Positions 1 through 10,540 of a DNA stretch of 64,000 nt are shown piece by piece. The stretch lies in assembly GCA_963695855.1 (NCBI GenBank), contig CAVOHZ010000001.1:1-64000 (forward strand), read 5' to 3'. Each line of letters begins with the position of its first letter. The stretch's first letter is position 1. A model generated the notes under the pieces. The model was not told the origin of the DNA. It worked only from the letters and a program-made list of their open reading frames with translations, and ran no database searches. This stretch comes from an uncultured Nitrososphaerales archaeon. Its GTDB lineage: Archaea > Thermoproteota > Nitrososphaeria > Nitrososphaerales > Nitrososphaeraceae. The position numbers and the translations under genes are program-made.

Positions 1-377
1 GAATCAAGTTTGGCTTGAATTGCCATAGTAGCTAAAGGAACGAACAATAAAATCCACAATGCTATTCCCTGAATTATTCCAAGCGGTATCCCTCGTCTGA
101 TGCCAGTTGGAAATACTTTATTCCAAAAGGATGTTACTTGTCCAAAAATATTGCCAGCCGCAGTTCCAGTTAGCGCGTGTAATCCAAAACCAATATACTG
201 AGCCACAACAGGATCTTCTATTCCAATTGATACTCCTGTGACCGAAAAGAATGTATCTGCAGGAGTATTTGAAACAATATCTACAATTACAAGTAATCCA
301 GATATTGTCCAAGCTGAAATGAAGCCAGCAATGGTACAATAAAGAATCACCATATTGCATCCTTTTTGTTTTAACAT
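1..377 (-). CDS. Multi-pass membrane protein, partial (runs off the window start)
   Basis: Manual translation from ATG at 377: MLKQKGCNMVILYCTIAGFISAWTISGLLVIVD...YIGFGLHALTGTAAGNIFG...GIALWILLFVPLATMAIQ. Open to the window edge with several hydrophobic helices; not the frame given in the ORF track. Confidence 0.75.
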   Translation of the reverse strand, partial: MLKQKGCNMVILYCTIAGFISAWTISGLLVIVDIVSNTPADTFFSVTGVSIGIEDPVVAQYIGFGLHALTGTAAGNIFGQVTSFWNKVFPTGIRRGIPLGIIQGIALWILLFVPLATMAIQAKLD

Positions 378-645
378 ATCATATCTTTTTCTTATTTATA
401 TAAAAACTAGAGGTAAAAAAATTAACATAGTGCCAACTTGTTAGAAAATACAATCACCCAAATTTTTGTACTTAACTAAAGAAAAACGTCGATTAATTAT
501 AACATTATTAACAAATTCAAAAGAAAAAAAGTCGCGTAAATTTGTCTATATTTTTATCAAAACCGATATTTTTAATTTACAATAAATTGAGTATTTCAAT
601 AAGTAAAAAAATCTTAATTTTCTCGATGGTATTAAATAATTGCTT

Positions 646-1541
646 ATGAAGATCGGTTATCCGTGTATAAATTATTCAATTGGAAAAAAACGGTATCAAC
701 ATTTCGATTATCTTCTTACACTGAAGAACGATTGATTCAATCCATATAATACAATCTTGACACTCTTGTTGAAATATTAAAGTATAATATAGAAAACAAT
801 CTCATGTTTTTTAGAATAAGTTCAGATTTAATTCCATTCGCATCTCATTCAATATGTAAATTCGACTGGAAAAAATCTTTTAGATGTGATTTTATAAAAA
901 TTGGCAGATTGATAAAAGAAAATGATATGAGAATATCTATGCATCCAGACCAATTCGTTCTCATAAATTCAAAAAATCCAGATATTGTGAATAATAGTAT
1001 TAAAGAACTAGAGTATCATACAGATGTTCTGGATCTAATGAGACTTCATACCTCAGCAAAAGTTCAAATTCATGTTGGAGGAGTTTATGGAGACAGAGAA
1101 GATTCAAAGAAAAAATTCATATCAAATTACAAGAATTTGCTTTCTGAAAAAGTAAAAAAAAGGTTGGTATTCGAAAACGACGATCATCTTTATAATTTGA
1201 ATGATTGTATAGAAATTCACTCGAATACAGATATACCAATTCTTTTTGACACATTTCATCATAAGTGTTTTGGAGATAATTTGTCATTAATTCATGCCTT
1301 GCAAAGGGCTAGCGATACATGGTATAATCATAGAGATGGAATAATAATGATTGATTATAGTAATCAGGAGCCAAATGAAAGAAAAGGAAAACATTCTGCT
1401 ACTTTGGATATGAAACAATTCAAGGAATTTGTTCTCGTCATTACTTCTGTTGATTTAGATATCATGTTGGAGATAAAAGATAAAGAAAAAAGTGCTAAAA
1501 ATGCACTAAAACTAATAAATCAAATTATGAGTGGTTTATAG
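646..1541 (+). pseudogene. uvsE: UV-damage endonuclease UvdE/UvsE, disrupted
   Basis: MKIGYPCIN start at 646, frameshift at the A7 run (684-690), in-frame TAA at 747-749, then FFRISSDLIP, SMHPDQF, HVGG, ENDD, FDTFHH and MLEIKDKE UvdE motifs. Confidence 0.85.
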
Positions 1542-1685
1542 GTCACTTAATTTGTTATTGGCTTGATAATTTGGTTTCATAATTTTAATTCTTAATTTAA
1601 GACAATATCTGGTTTTTTTATTATAAATTCTCTGAACCTCATCATATAAAGTATTACCGTAGCTTCACATTTAATAATTATTTAT

Positions 1686-1982
1686 TTATTTGATCTCAAG
1701 TGATAACTTTGATATGCTATCTAATGTATAGTCACTTATTTCTAAACCTTGTTCATAGGTAATAGTTTTACCAGTATAAAGATATGAAGAAACGAGGAAT
1801 TTCTCTAATATTGTACACCATATAGCTCCCATGATAAAGTCTCTTTGGTTAACGACTCCTATCTCTTCTTTGATTCTTTCATTTTGTACTTTAGATATTC
1901 TTTCTATCATGGGCAAGCATGAAATAACATTCTGGATTATTTTATCCAGTAACTTTCTGGTTAATTCATCTTCTAATACCAT
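1686..1982 (-). CDS. Hypothetical protein, 98 aa
   Basis: Clean ATG ORF with normal globular composition. Confidence 0.65.
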   Translation of the reverse strand: MVLEDELTRKLLDKIIQNVISCLPMIERISKVQNERIKEEIGVVNQRDFIMGAIWCTILEKFLVSSYLYTGKTITYEQGLEISDYTLDSISKLSLEIK

Positions 1983-2083
1983 ATGAAATTATTGCTTGTT
2001 CAAAGATTTAATGTTATCTTATATTTTCATCATTAGGTAAATTTAGATTTTTAAAAGGTGTGTAGAAAAAAATCATATGAGTC

Positions 2084-2398
2084 TCAATTTATTTTTTTAT
2101 GATCCTCAATCATAGCAGTGCCATATTTGTATGTGATTTGTACTTTATCTCCTACATCATAATTGCAGTTAGGAATGCTTCTTGGGTGATCTTGACTATT
2201 TACAACACAATCACCATCACTTTTAGTAACTATTACAACTTGCTCACTAACTGATTCACGAAAAAGATTTTGTATTGGGAAAATAAAAATAGCAAACACT
2301 AGAAAAATCCCTGTTATACCTAGTCCAAATATCAATGCAAGTTGTTTATTTGATAGACCCTGATTATCGCCGGGACCTATCTCGTATCCATAACTCAT
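2084..2398 (-). CDS. Small membrane-anchored protein with a possible OB-fold-like C-terminus
   Basis: One TM helix (LALIFGLGITGIFLVFAIFIFPI), then a beta-rich segment with two Cys and YDVGDKVQITY. Confidence 0.7.
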   Translation of the reverse strand: MSYGYEIGPGDNQGLSNKQLALIFGLGITGIFLVFAIFIFPIQNLFRESVSEQVVIVTKSDGDCVVNSQDHPRSIPNCNYDVGDKVQITYKYGTAMIEDHKKIN

Positions 2399-2515
2399 AA
2401 TCTTTAATATGTTACTTGTCCTATAAAGCGTATGACAAATTATTCATAGTCCCTAACCAATAAATGTGGAAAACAATGAATATTACAAATAAAATGAAGC
2501 TAATAGAAAGTAAAG

Positions 2516-2926
2516 CTAGCGTAAATCCACCAGATCTTCTTCGTTACGATAGTTTTCTGGATCAAGTCTAAAACCTAATGTTTTTTCATACGGTATTTCT
2601 TCTAGTTTCAAATAATAATCTAATTTTCTTTTTTTAAATCTTTTGGATAACCAAATTACGAAGCGTTGTTCTAAAGTAACTCCTACTTCTTTTTGCATCT
2701 CTGGAAAAATTTCGGATATTCGTTCGACAAAATTTTGCTCAAAATAAATCCGAAAAAAGTCCCATCCTAAAGAAGAGCCCTCTGATGACACTTCGTAATC
2801 AGTTTTTGTGTGTGATATCAATTCTAATTCGTTTATATGCTCAATTATCCTAATTCTTTCTTTGTCAAAATTAATACAAGAACCAGAAATCACCAGTGTT
2901 GGACCATTCGCTGTTGTTTTTGGCAT
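2516..2926 (-). CDS. Hypothetical protein, 136 aa
   Basis: Clean ORF, no recognised motif. Confidence 0.7.
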   Translation of the reverse strand: MPKTTANGPTLVISGSCINFDKERIRIIEHINELELISHTKTDYEVSSEGSSLGWDFFRIYFEQNFVERISEIFPEMQKEVGVTLEQRFVIWLSKRFKKRKLDYYLKLEEIPYEKTLGFRLDPENYRNEEDLVDLR

Positions 2927-3636
2927 ATCTTAATTTTGTTTTTATAGTATTAAAACATATATATAAAGTATAATTAGTGCCTAACAGACAAATAAATCCT
3001 GTTCGCCTTCCTCAAAAGTGCATCAATGACGGAATATAGAAAAATATATAGAGATTCTGTTCTGTTTGTTGTACCTCCCAGTATAGATTAAAATTTCATT
3101 TACTGAGAAAGGACTCAAAAACGAGTTCCTTGCAATAAATATTCCCAACTGTGAAGAGGGTAGGAAGGTGTATTCTCTGAATGTTAAGGTACACAACTAT
3201 ACAAAACAACATCGTTACATCAATGCTCACAGTATAGGTGAAATGTTATTTAGGAAAGTAAGAAGATTAAATATTTGTGAAAATAACAAGACGATCAAGC
3301 AGATAAAAAGTGTTACCCATGTTAAATGGTGAATCTGTTACCTCTCTATGGAAGTATAATATATAAGCAATGAATTAACAAGATCAAGAAAGAAGAGAGA
3401 TACAATACATTAAAATAAAATGGAAATCAGTAACATAATTGTTATCATATAATTCATGATTCATAAAATATTGATCATATTTATTCTGTTGTAATGGGTG
3501 CCTTGTTGCACAACTTGTTCTTCTCAACACATTTAGCTAACCAATTCTAGTCATATTATGTGAACTGGAGAAATTACAACGAATCTCTTGTTAAACGTGG
3601 CGAGGTATTACTGGATTTTGATATTATAGATAACTG

Positions 3637-4651
3637 TGCCTTGTTGCACAACTTGTTCTTCCCAACACATTTAGCTAACCAATTCTAGTCATATTATGTG
3701 AACTGGAGAAATTACAACGAATCTCTTGTTAAACGTGGTGAGGTATTACTGGATTTTGATGTTATAGATAACTGGAATACTGAACTAGAGAAGATGAATA
3801 AGGAAAAGGAAGGTAGGAAATTCGTATATCCAGATTCATTTGTCAAGTTATTGGGATACATGAGAGCATACTTTCACTTACCCTACAGACAAACTGAAGG
3901 AGTAGTAAGAGAACATGCTTCAAACACTTTGCCATCAATTCCAGATTATAGTAACATTAGCAGAAGAATAAATAGACTGGATATCAAGATTTCTGATGAT
4001 ATAACCAAATCTAACTTGCATGATGATAATTTTGTTATTGCAATTGATTCTACCGGTATAAAGGTATCTAAGAGGGGTGAATGGATTAGACACAAGTGGA
4101 ATGTAAAAAGAGGATATCTAAAGATACATTTAGCAGTCGATATAAAAAAGAAGAGAATTCTATCATTAGATGTTACTAGTGAAGAAGTACATGATGTAAA
4201 AGTACTTCCAAAATTGGTTGATTATATAGCAATAAAACAGAATAAGGTAATAGATACTGCTATCATGGATGGTTCCTATGATAGCAACAAGATCTTTCAG
4301 TTTCTATCATTTAAAGGCATACAACCAGCAATAAAGGTAAGAAAGAATTCTAGATGCAAAAAGACCAATCATTACCTTAGAAACAAGATGGTGAAAATGC
4401 AGAAGAATGATTTGCAAGAATGGAAAGATAGTGATACGCTATGGACAAAGATGGATGGTAGAATCTGTTTTTTCCTCTATGAAGAGAATGTTTGGTGAAT
4501 ATGTTACTGCTATCAGGTTAGAGAACATGATAAGAGAGATAATGTTGAAAGCATCATTGTATAACTGGTTTCAAAGTATAACTGTTACATAATTATCAAT
4601 CAATTATATAATAATGAGAACGATTGGTTAAACGAGTTATGCAACAAACCA
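3637..4651 (+). mobile_element. IS5-family insertion sequence (inner nested copy)
   Basis: Same TIRs; 8-bp target duplication GATAACTG at 3629-3636 and 4652-4659; sequence nearly identical to the outer copy. Confidence 0.92.
3698..4592 (+). pseudogene. IS5 transposase, frameshifted near the C-terminus (inner copy)
   Basis: ORFs 3698-4498 and 4407-4592; one extra A (GATAGTGATACG versus GATAGTGTACG in the outer copy). Confidence 0.85.
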
Positions 4652-4678
4652 GATAACTGGAATACTGAACTAGAGAAG

Positions 4679-5479
4679 ATGAATAAGGAAAAGGAAGGTA
4701 GGAAATTCGTATATCCAGATTCATTTGTCAAGTTATTGGGATACATGAGAGCATACTTTCACTTACCCTACAGACAAACTGAAGGAGTAGTAAGAGAACA
4801 TGCTTCAAACACTTTGCCATCAATTCCAGATTATAGTAACATTAGCAGAAGAATAAATAGACTGGATATCAAGATTTCTGATGATATAACCAAATCTAAC
4901 TTGCATGATGATAATTTTGTTATTGCAATTGATTCTACCGGTATAAAGGTATCTAAGAGGGGTGAATGGATTAGACACAAGTGGAATGTAAAAAGAGGAT
5001 ATCTAAAGATACATTTAGCAGTCGATATAAAAAAGAAGAGAATTCTATCATTAGATGTTACTAGTGAAGAAGTACATGATGTAAAAGTACTTCCAAAATT
5101 GGTTGATTATATAGCAATAAAACAGAATAAGGTAATAGATACTGCTATCATGGATGGTTCCTATGATAGCAACAAGATCTTTCAGTTTCTATCATTTAAA
5201 GGCATACAACCAGCAATAAAGGTAAGAAAGAATTCTAGATGCAGAAACAAGACCAATCATTACCTTAGAAACAAGATGGTGAAAATGCAGAAGAATGATT
5301 TGCAAGAATGGAAAGATAGTGTACGCTATGGACAAAGATGGATGGTAGAATCTGTTTTTTCCTCTATGAAGAGAATGTTTGGTGAATATGTTACTGCTAT
5401 CAGGTTAGAGAACATGATAAGAGAGATAATGTTGAAAGCATCGTTGTATAACTGGTTTCAAAGTATAACTGTTACATAA
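4679..5479 (+). pseudogene. IS5 transposase, 3' part of the outer copy (5' end stranded at ~3560-3636)
   Basis: Intact DDE core, but N-terminal NWRNYNESLVKRGEVLLDFD codons lie upstream of the nested insertion. Confidence 0.85.
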
Positions 5480-5966
5480 TTATCAATTATATAATAATGA
5501 GAACGATTGGTTAAACGAGTTATGCAACAAACCAGTAATGGGAGGTTTTCTTATATTCATCTGTTATGCCATGATTTTTGAGATAAATATATAGAACTTA
5601 TTCATCATTACAGCAATATCCACAAGAATCTTGTTCGTTTCAGAAGTTTTCACAATTCGATCTGATTAAAGTACTTTGTTTCATTTTCTTGTTTTATTAC
5701 TCTTTGAATAAATAAACTTTTCAGGAAAAATATTGAAGAATCATAACTTAGAATGAAATGATATCCTTATCATAAAACATAGGGATTATTGCGATTATTT
5801 TAAGTAATAATAGCTGTGCATGAGTTAGAGTGAATTGATCGGAAGAAAAGCAATAATTCAACATACTTCTCTAAAATATATATCATGCTTACTCGCATAT
5901 TAAATTGATTCAATTTATAATTATCTTAATGACAATGAAAAATATTAGTAGTAGTCGACAAAAAAA

Positions 5967-8864
5967 TTAGGATGGATTTTGCTGTTCCTCTGTCAGTTTG
6001 GTTTTCCACTCCTCAGGGAGGTTTTGAACCCAACCATCGTAAACAATAGGTATAGGTAGTACACCCATTCCTCCTGTACCAGGCAATGCAGTAACTTTGT
6101 CGTCTACCTGAGTTTCTGGAGAACCTACTAGAACAATTCGTCCTGCTACTTTTGCGTCACTTGGATCACCGTCATTGTTGGGATCTCCATCAACTATTAC
6201 TAGGTCATTTGAAAATGAACTAGAGACATATGCATAATATCCCCCGTCTTTCTTTGCACCAAAGTTTACTCCATGACATCCTGCACTACATGCTAAATCT
6301 TTGACCAATTCATCGGTTTCTGTATCAATTATTGTTATTGTAGCACTTCCTGTGTTAGCTGTCACCATGTACTGTCCATCTGGGCTAACTGGAGTTTGTA
6401 TTGGTAGGAAACCAATCGGTCCACTAATGTTTCCGGAAATAGGATCATAATTCTCCAGTAAGTTTATTTTCTTGATCAATGTACCATTGACAGTATCTAC
6501 TACACTTACCGTACTATCAAAGAAGTCTGCAACATATGATTTGCTTCCATCTGGGGTCATTCCTACAGCAATAGGACTATGACCTGTCTTTACTTTTCCA
6601 ACAATTTTGTCTTCCATCATGTCGTATATCGTCGCAGTACCGGTAAACTCGTCAGGTGTTACCATGTAACGACCATCTCCACTCATCCAATGTCCATGTG
6701 GATGAGATGGATCTTGTCCAGGAAATTGCATCGGTATAACTTTTTTTATTGATTCGCCTTTTGGACCAAGTACAGCAACTCCTTGTTCTCCATGTAATAC
6801 TATCATAAGTTCATCTGTTTTTGTACTTGTCATTACATGTGATGGATCATCTCCTACCTCAATGTTTTTGACAAGTTTTCCAGTGCTTCTATCAAATATA
6901 GATGTCTTATTATCAAACCATTGTGTTGCATATATCAAATTTTGATCCCTATCTGTCCACATGTTATGAGCATTGTTCATATTTATCTCTGGCAGGGCAA
7001 CTTTTTTTGTTATCTCCCATGTAGTAGCATTGACTGCACTTGCAGTACCGGGTTTTGTCTTGCTTGCTGTCTTTTCAAATTGGGTATCTATCCAAACTTC
7101 TCCTATTCCAGGAATATCTGGATTATTTACCTTATCTAAGGTCAAATTCTGACCGTATCTGCTTTCTAGAGTATCCTTTAGGTTCACGACTGTTCCATTA
7201 GTTATCCTTACGTCTACGTCAGGGTAAGATATTTGCCACGGTTTAGATGATGATGAAGTATAGTCCTGCCAATTGTTTGTAGCAGTAATTGTAAAGAATG
7301 TCTTTAAGAGTCTTGTAGCAAGGTCGCTGCTTGTTGGTACTGTAATACCGTTTATCAACGTAATCTCATCTCCAAGATCTAAACCCTCGGTAGAAGGATC
7401 ATCGGCTATAACAGCACCTAACATAAACGGATGTAATTTACAACCAAATACATATAGTCCTGCCTTGTCAAGTTTTACTATGCCTCCACCTGCATATGCT
7501 GTAACCTCGTCAAACGGCATGTTCATGGCACCTTTGGGATAGACAAAACTCGTAACCGTATGCACACCACTTACATCTGACATCATGAAATTGACGCTGC
7601 CTGTTTTGTTAATAACTGCAAGAGATTTTGTTCCTGTATTTGTTATATCTCCTGCTAGATTAGTAAACCATTTAGCAGGCTGATCTGTCAGTTCAAAGGC
7701 TGCAAAGTTCTTGTATGGTGAAGCACCAGGTTCACTTGGTAAATTTATAGTTGGATCTCCTGATACAACTTTAAATCCTCCCATCATTCCAGCTTCCATA
7801 TGTGCAAATACATGACAATGATATTGCCACGGTCCTGGTCCCACTCCCTCTCCTACATCAATTACAAATGAATGAGTTTTACCTGGAAGTATCTGTTTTA
7901 CATCTATTATATTGTTTGTTCCAGGGTCTACCCATCTATGTGCATGAAGATGGAAAGTGTGTTGATGTCCTATTGGATTTCCTGCATGACCTACTGCTAA
8001 AACATGGAAATTTATTTTTTGTTCTACTACTCCAACTATACTGGGATTTGTCCACAATGGAATCTGTTTATAATTATTTTTATTATCAATTTCCATACCC
8101 CAAAATGTGGAGCCAACCATGAATAGGAGTACATCTTTATCTATCTTGTTAAGAGGTAATTCTTGAATCTCACCTTTTATCAGACCTGTAGTAACATTAT
8201 TCTTTGGATTCACAATTACTGCTCCAAATAGACCATTCTCTCCAGCTTTACTATCATCTACATATAGAAAAGTTCCTGGTTGAGATGCTAGAAATTCTTC
8301 ACTAGTTATAAGGTTGCCATCCTTGTCTTTAATATTTACCTTCACATAATCACCTTCATTAAAAACTAATGTTGGACCAGGAATAGTAGCCAATTTGCTG
8401 TATTTAGGCGTCAAATCTATGTTATTACTACTACTAGTAACATCAGATGAAGAAGCACCGTTGCTTTTAACATGGCTGATCATTTTATAAGCTGGTTGTC
8501 CAGTTGGTAAAGTTATAACTACCATCTCAATCTTGTGCATAGCATTATTGCTAGTTGTATTATTAGTTGATGACGAAGAGGTATTACCTTCAGATGATGA
8601 AGATATAGACGTTAAAGTGTGAAATACTTCTTTTTTGTCATCTTTTATTTTTTCATTATGTATTTTCAATGAGTCACTATTATCTTGTTTTGATATTTGT
8701 GATTGTTTTTGTTCTTGTTCTGCATAAGATATATCAATAGAAGAAAGATTTGCAGAGATAGGAGTAGTAACTATTACAACTGTTATAAGGGCAGTTAGGA
8801 AAGTCTTATAGGATATTGCAGCAGATTTAGAATTAAATTTTTTATTTGTATTTCTGATTATCAT
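5967..8864 (-). CDS. Exported multidomain copper protein: two-domain multicopper-oxidase module, extra plastocyanin-like domain and YVTN-type beta-propeller
   Basis: Likely start MIIRN at 8864 followed by a hydrophobic signal/TM segment. HQHTFHLHAHRW and WQYHCHVFAHMEAGM (T1 plus T2/T3 ligands); HTVTS...GCKLHPFM (second T1 site); repeated propeller blades such as VKTGHSPIAVGMTPDGSKSYVADFFDSTVSVVD. Confidence 0.88.
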   Translation of the reverse strand: MIIRNTNKKFNSKSAAISYKTFLTALITVVIVTTPISANLSSIDISYAEQEQKQSQISKQDNSDSLKIHNEKIKDDKKEVFHTLTSISSSSEGNTSSSSTNNTTSNNAMHKIEMVVITLPTGQPAYKMISHVKSNGASSSDVTSSSNNIDLTPKYSKLATIPGPTLVFNEGDYVKVNIKDKDGNLITSEEFLASQPGTFLYVDDSKAGENGLFGAVIVNPKNNVTTGLIKGEIQELPLNKIDKDVLLFMVGSTFWGMEIDNKNNYKQIPLWTNPSIVGVVEQKINFHVLAVGHAGNPIGHQHTFHLHAHRWVDPGTNNIIDVKQILPGKTHSFVIDVGEGVGPGPWQYHCHVFAHMEAGMMGGFKVVSGDPTINLPSEPGASPYKNFAAFELTDQPAKWFTNLAGDITNTGTKSLAVINKTGSVNFMMSDVSGVHTVTSFVYPKGAMNMPFDEVTAYAGGGIVKLDKAGLYVFGCKLHPFMLGAVIADDPSTEGLDLGDEITLINGITVPTSSDLATRLLKTFFTITATNNWQDYTSSSSKPWQISYPDVDVRITNGTVVNLKDTLESRYGQNLTLDKVNNPDIPGIGEVWIDTQFEKTASKTKPGTASAVNATTWEITKKVALPEINMNNAHNMWTDRDQNLIYATQWFDNKTSIFDRSTGKLVKNIEVGDDPSHVMTSTKTDELMIVLHGEQGVAVLGPKGESIKKVIPMQFPGQDPSHPHGHWMSGDGRYMVTPDEFTGTATIYDMMEDKIVGKVKTGHSPIAVGMTPDGSKSYVADFFDSTVSVVDTVNGTLIKKINLLENYDPISGNISGPIGFLPIQTPVSPDGQYMVTANTGSATITIIDTETDELVKDLACSAGCHGVNFGAKKDGGYYAYVSSSFSNDLVIVDGDPNNDGDPSDAKVAGRIVLVGSPETQVDDKVTALPGTGGMGVLPIPIVYDGWVQNLPEEWKTKLTEEQQNPS

Positions 8865-8868
8865 TGCC

Positions 8869-9987
8869 TTATTTACCTCCTCCAACAAATGATATTTCTC
8901 CATCATTATCGTTACCATTATCTTGTATCTCTGGTGATGCACCAGGAATACTGGAAATACTATTAGCAGCAGTATCATTGCCTGCAACTACTTCAAATTT
9001 TCCTTTCATACCCGAAAGTAAGTGTATAGGCATTTTATCATAATATGAAGTACTTTTATCAGCATTAATAGTAAATACATGGTTTTCTAGTGGTCCAATA
9101 TTCTTCGAACTGGTTGTTTTATTAGTGCCAGGTTTTAGCCATTCATAACCATCAAGAACAAAATGATGAAAATCGGTACCAACTGATTGAATATGGAATC
9201 TAACTAAATCATTTTTTGATGCCACTAGTGTAGGATTTACCCATAATGGTGTATGTTTTTTGTTACTTGTATTGTCTATCTCTACACCCCAAAATGCATC
9301 ATCGGTGATAAATAAAACAAAATCTTTCTTTATATCTTGTATATCTACCTCTTTAGGTATTCCATTTACCAAAGCATTTACTTTGCCATTGGCAGGATTA
9401 ACTATTACGGTAGAGAAGAGTCCATTAGTTTCTACACCATTCACATGTGTTCCAGATGGATTTTTTCCAAATGTGTGATCATGCCAAGGCCATGATCCTC
9501 TGGTTCCATCTGCAGCAGTCCATACATATGTATATGATTTTTGAGGAGTTGCTGCTTGATCTGTGATTTTATTTATCATTTTTAATGTACCATCACTTGT
9601 AATCTTATAATGAACGCCATGTGTATGAAGACTTACTGCTCCACGACCTATCTCATTAACTAACGTCAATCTTGCAGCATCACCTTCTGTCATGACTAAT
9701 GTGGGACCAGGTATTGTTGGTAGTTTACTGTATCTTGACGTAATATCTTGTGTCCGATTTTCTTCATCAATTATCTTGTATTCTAACATTTTATATGCTT
9801 GATGTCCATCTGGCAATTCTATCGCAGCCATCTTTATCTCATGAAGTTTATTAGAAAAATGAATATCTTCTCCTTGACTTTCTGGTTCTGCTAGGGCATA
9901 TTCTGTCAAATTTGCCAAATAAGATTGACTCAGACCTATCATTGAAATAATATAGGCTGTCAATAACAATCTTTGTGAATTTAACAT
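8869..9987 (-). CDS. Exported two-domain small-laccase-like protein with an intact domain-1 and a degenerate domain-2 copper motif set
   Basis: Signal peptide; IPGPTL, SLHTHGVHYKITSDGT, WPWHDH...NGLF. C-terminal domain lacks HxH and HCH. Confidence 0.88.
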   Translation of the reverse strand: MLNSQRLLLTAYIISMIGLSQSYLANLTEYALAEPESQGEDIHFSNKLHEIKMAAIELPDGHQAYKMLEYKIIDEENRTQDITSRYSKLPTIPGPTLVMTEGDAARLTLVNEIGRGAVSLHTHGVHYKITSDGTLKMINKITDQAATPQKSYTYVWTAADGTRGSWPWHDHTFGKNPSGTHVNGVETNGLFSTVIVNPANGKVNALVNGIPKEVDIQDIKKDFVLFITDDAFWGVEIDNTSNKKHTPLWVNPTLVASKNDLVRFHIQSVGTDFHHFVLDGYEWLKPGTNKTTSSKNIGPLENHVFTINADKSTSYYDKMPIHLLSGMKGKFEVVAGNDTAANSISSIPGASPEIQDNGNDNDGEISFVGGGK

Positions 9988-10540
9988 ATTTTATTAAATC
10001 TTAATTTAACGATAAACTATTTAATTTCTATGTTTCTTTTGTAATTAATTGTAATTATATGTTTACACGGTAATTATAGTATTCATTTCGTGAGTAAAAT
10101 CATTAGAGTACCAGCTAATTACCTAATCCTTCTTATTACCAGCTAGTTTGTAACATGATTTGTTGAGCAAAAGTCAAAAATAAATGCACTACCACACGTT
10201 AATTCAGTCTAAAATTTTAAATACGTGACCTATGTTACCATTCAAAGAATGGAGAAATCTTGACATAAGTTTCGCAAAAATGTATATGATAATAATGCCA
10301 ATTACAAATGCATATTCAACTGAAGAAAGAATAAAGGTAGTTTTCATTATAAAAGAACTATACTCACTAACAAAAATTCATTTAGATATTCTTTCCGATG
10401 AAAAATGTTTGATATCCTTGGAAGTTGATATTTTGCATGTTTACAGAATACAGGATATTTAGCTAGCCTCCATAGATAAATATCGGATTGATGTTGATAT
10501 ACAATGATAATTCAAACGAGGGAAATTAGTTTTCAGACTA

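Larger units (their letters stand above)
3499..5534 (+). mobile_element. IS5-family insertion sequence (outer copy), interrupted by a second copy of itself
   Basis: Imperfect TIRs TGCCTTGTTGCACAACT / reverse complement TGGTTTGTTGCATAACT. 8-bp target duplication GTAATGGG at 3491-3498 and 5535-5542. DDE transposase motifs AIDSTG, KIHLAVD, DGSYD, RWMVESVFS. Confidence 0.92.

Noticed and set aside
118-360. 80-aa Cys/Trp-rich ORF from the track
   Set aside because: Alternate frame of the real membrane-protein gene (377 to the window start).
3000-3400. GC-richer intergenic patch that could be an ncRNA or mobile-element relic
   Set aside because: No convincing stem structure, ORF or terminal repeat found by eye.
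5967-8864. nosZ assignment
   Set aside because: Domain order differs and the cupredoxin motif is mononuclear T1 (C-x2-H-x2-M), not CuA.
8865-8987. N-terminal 41 aa of the 1006-aa ORF
   Set aside because: Overlaps the 3' end of the upstream gene; the ATG at 8864, 4 nt after its stop and followed by a signal segment, fits better.
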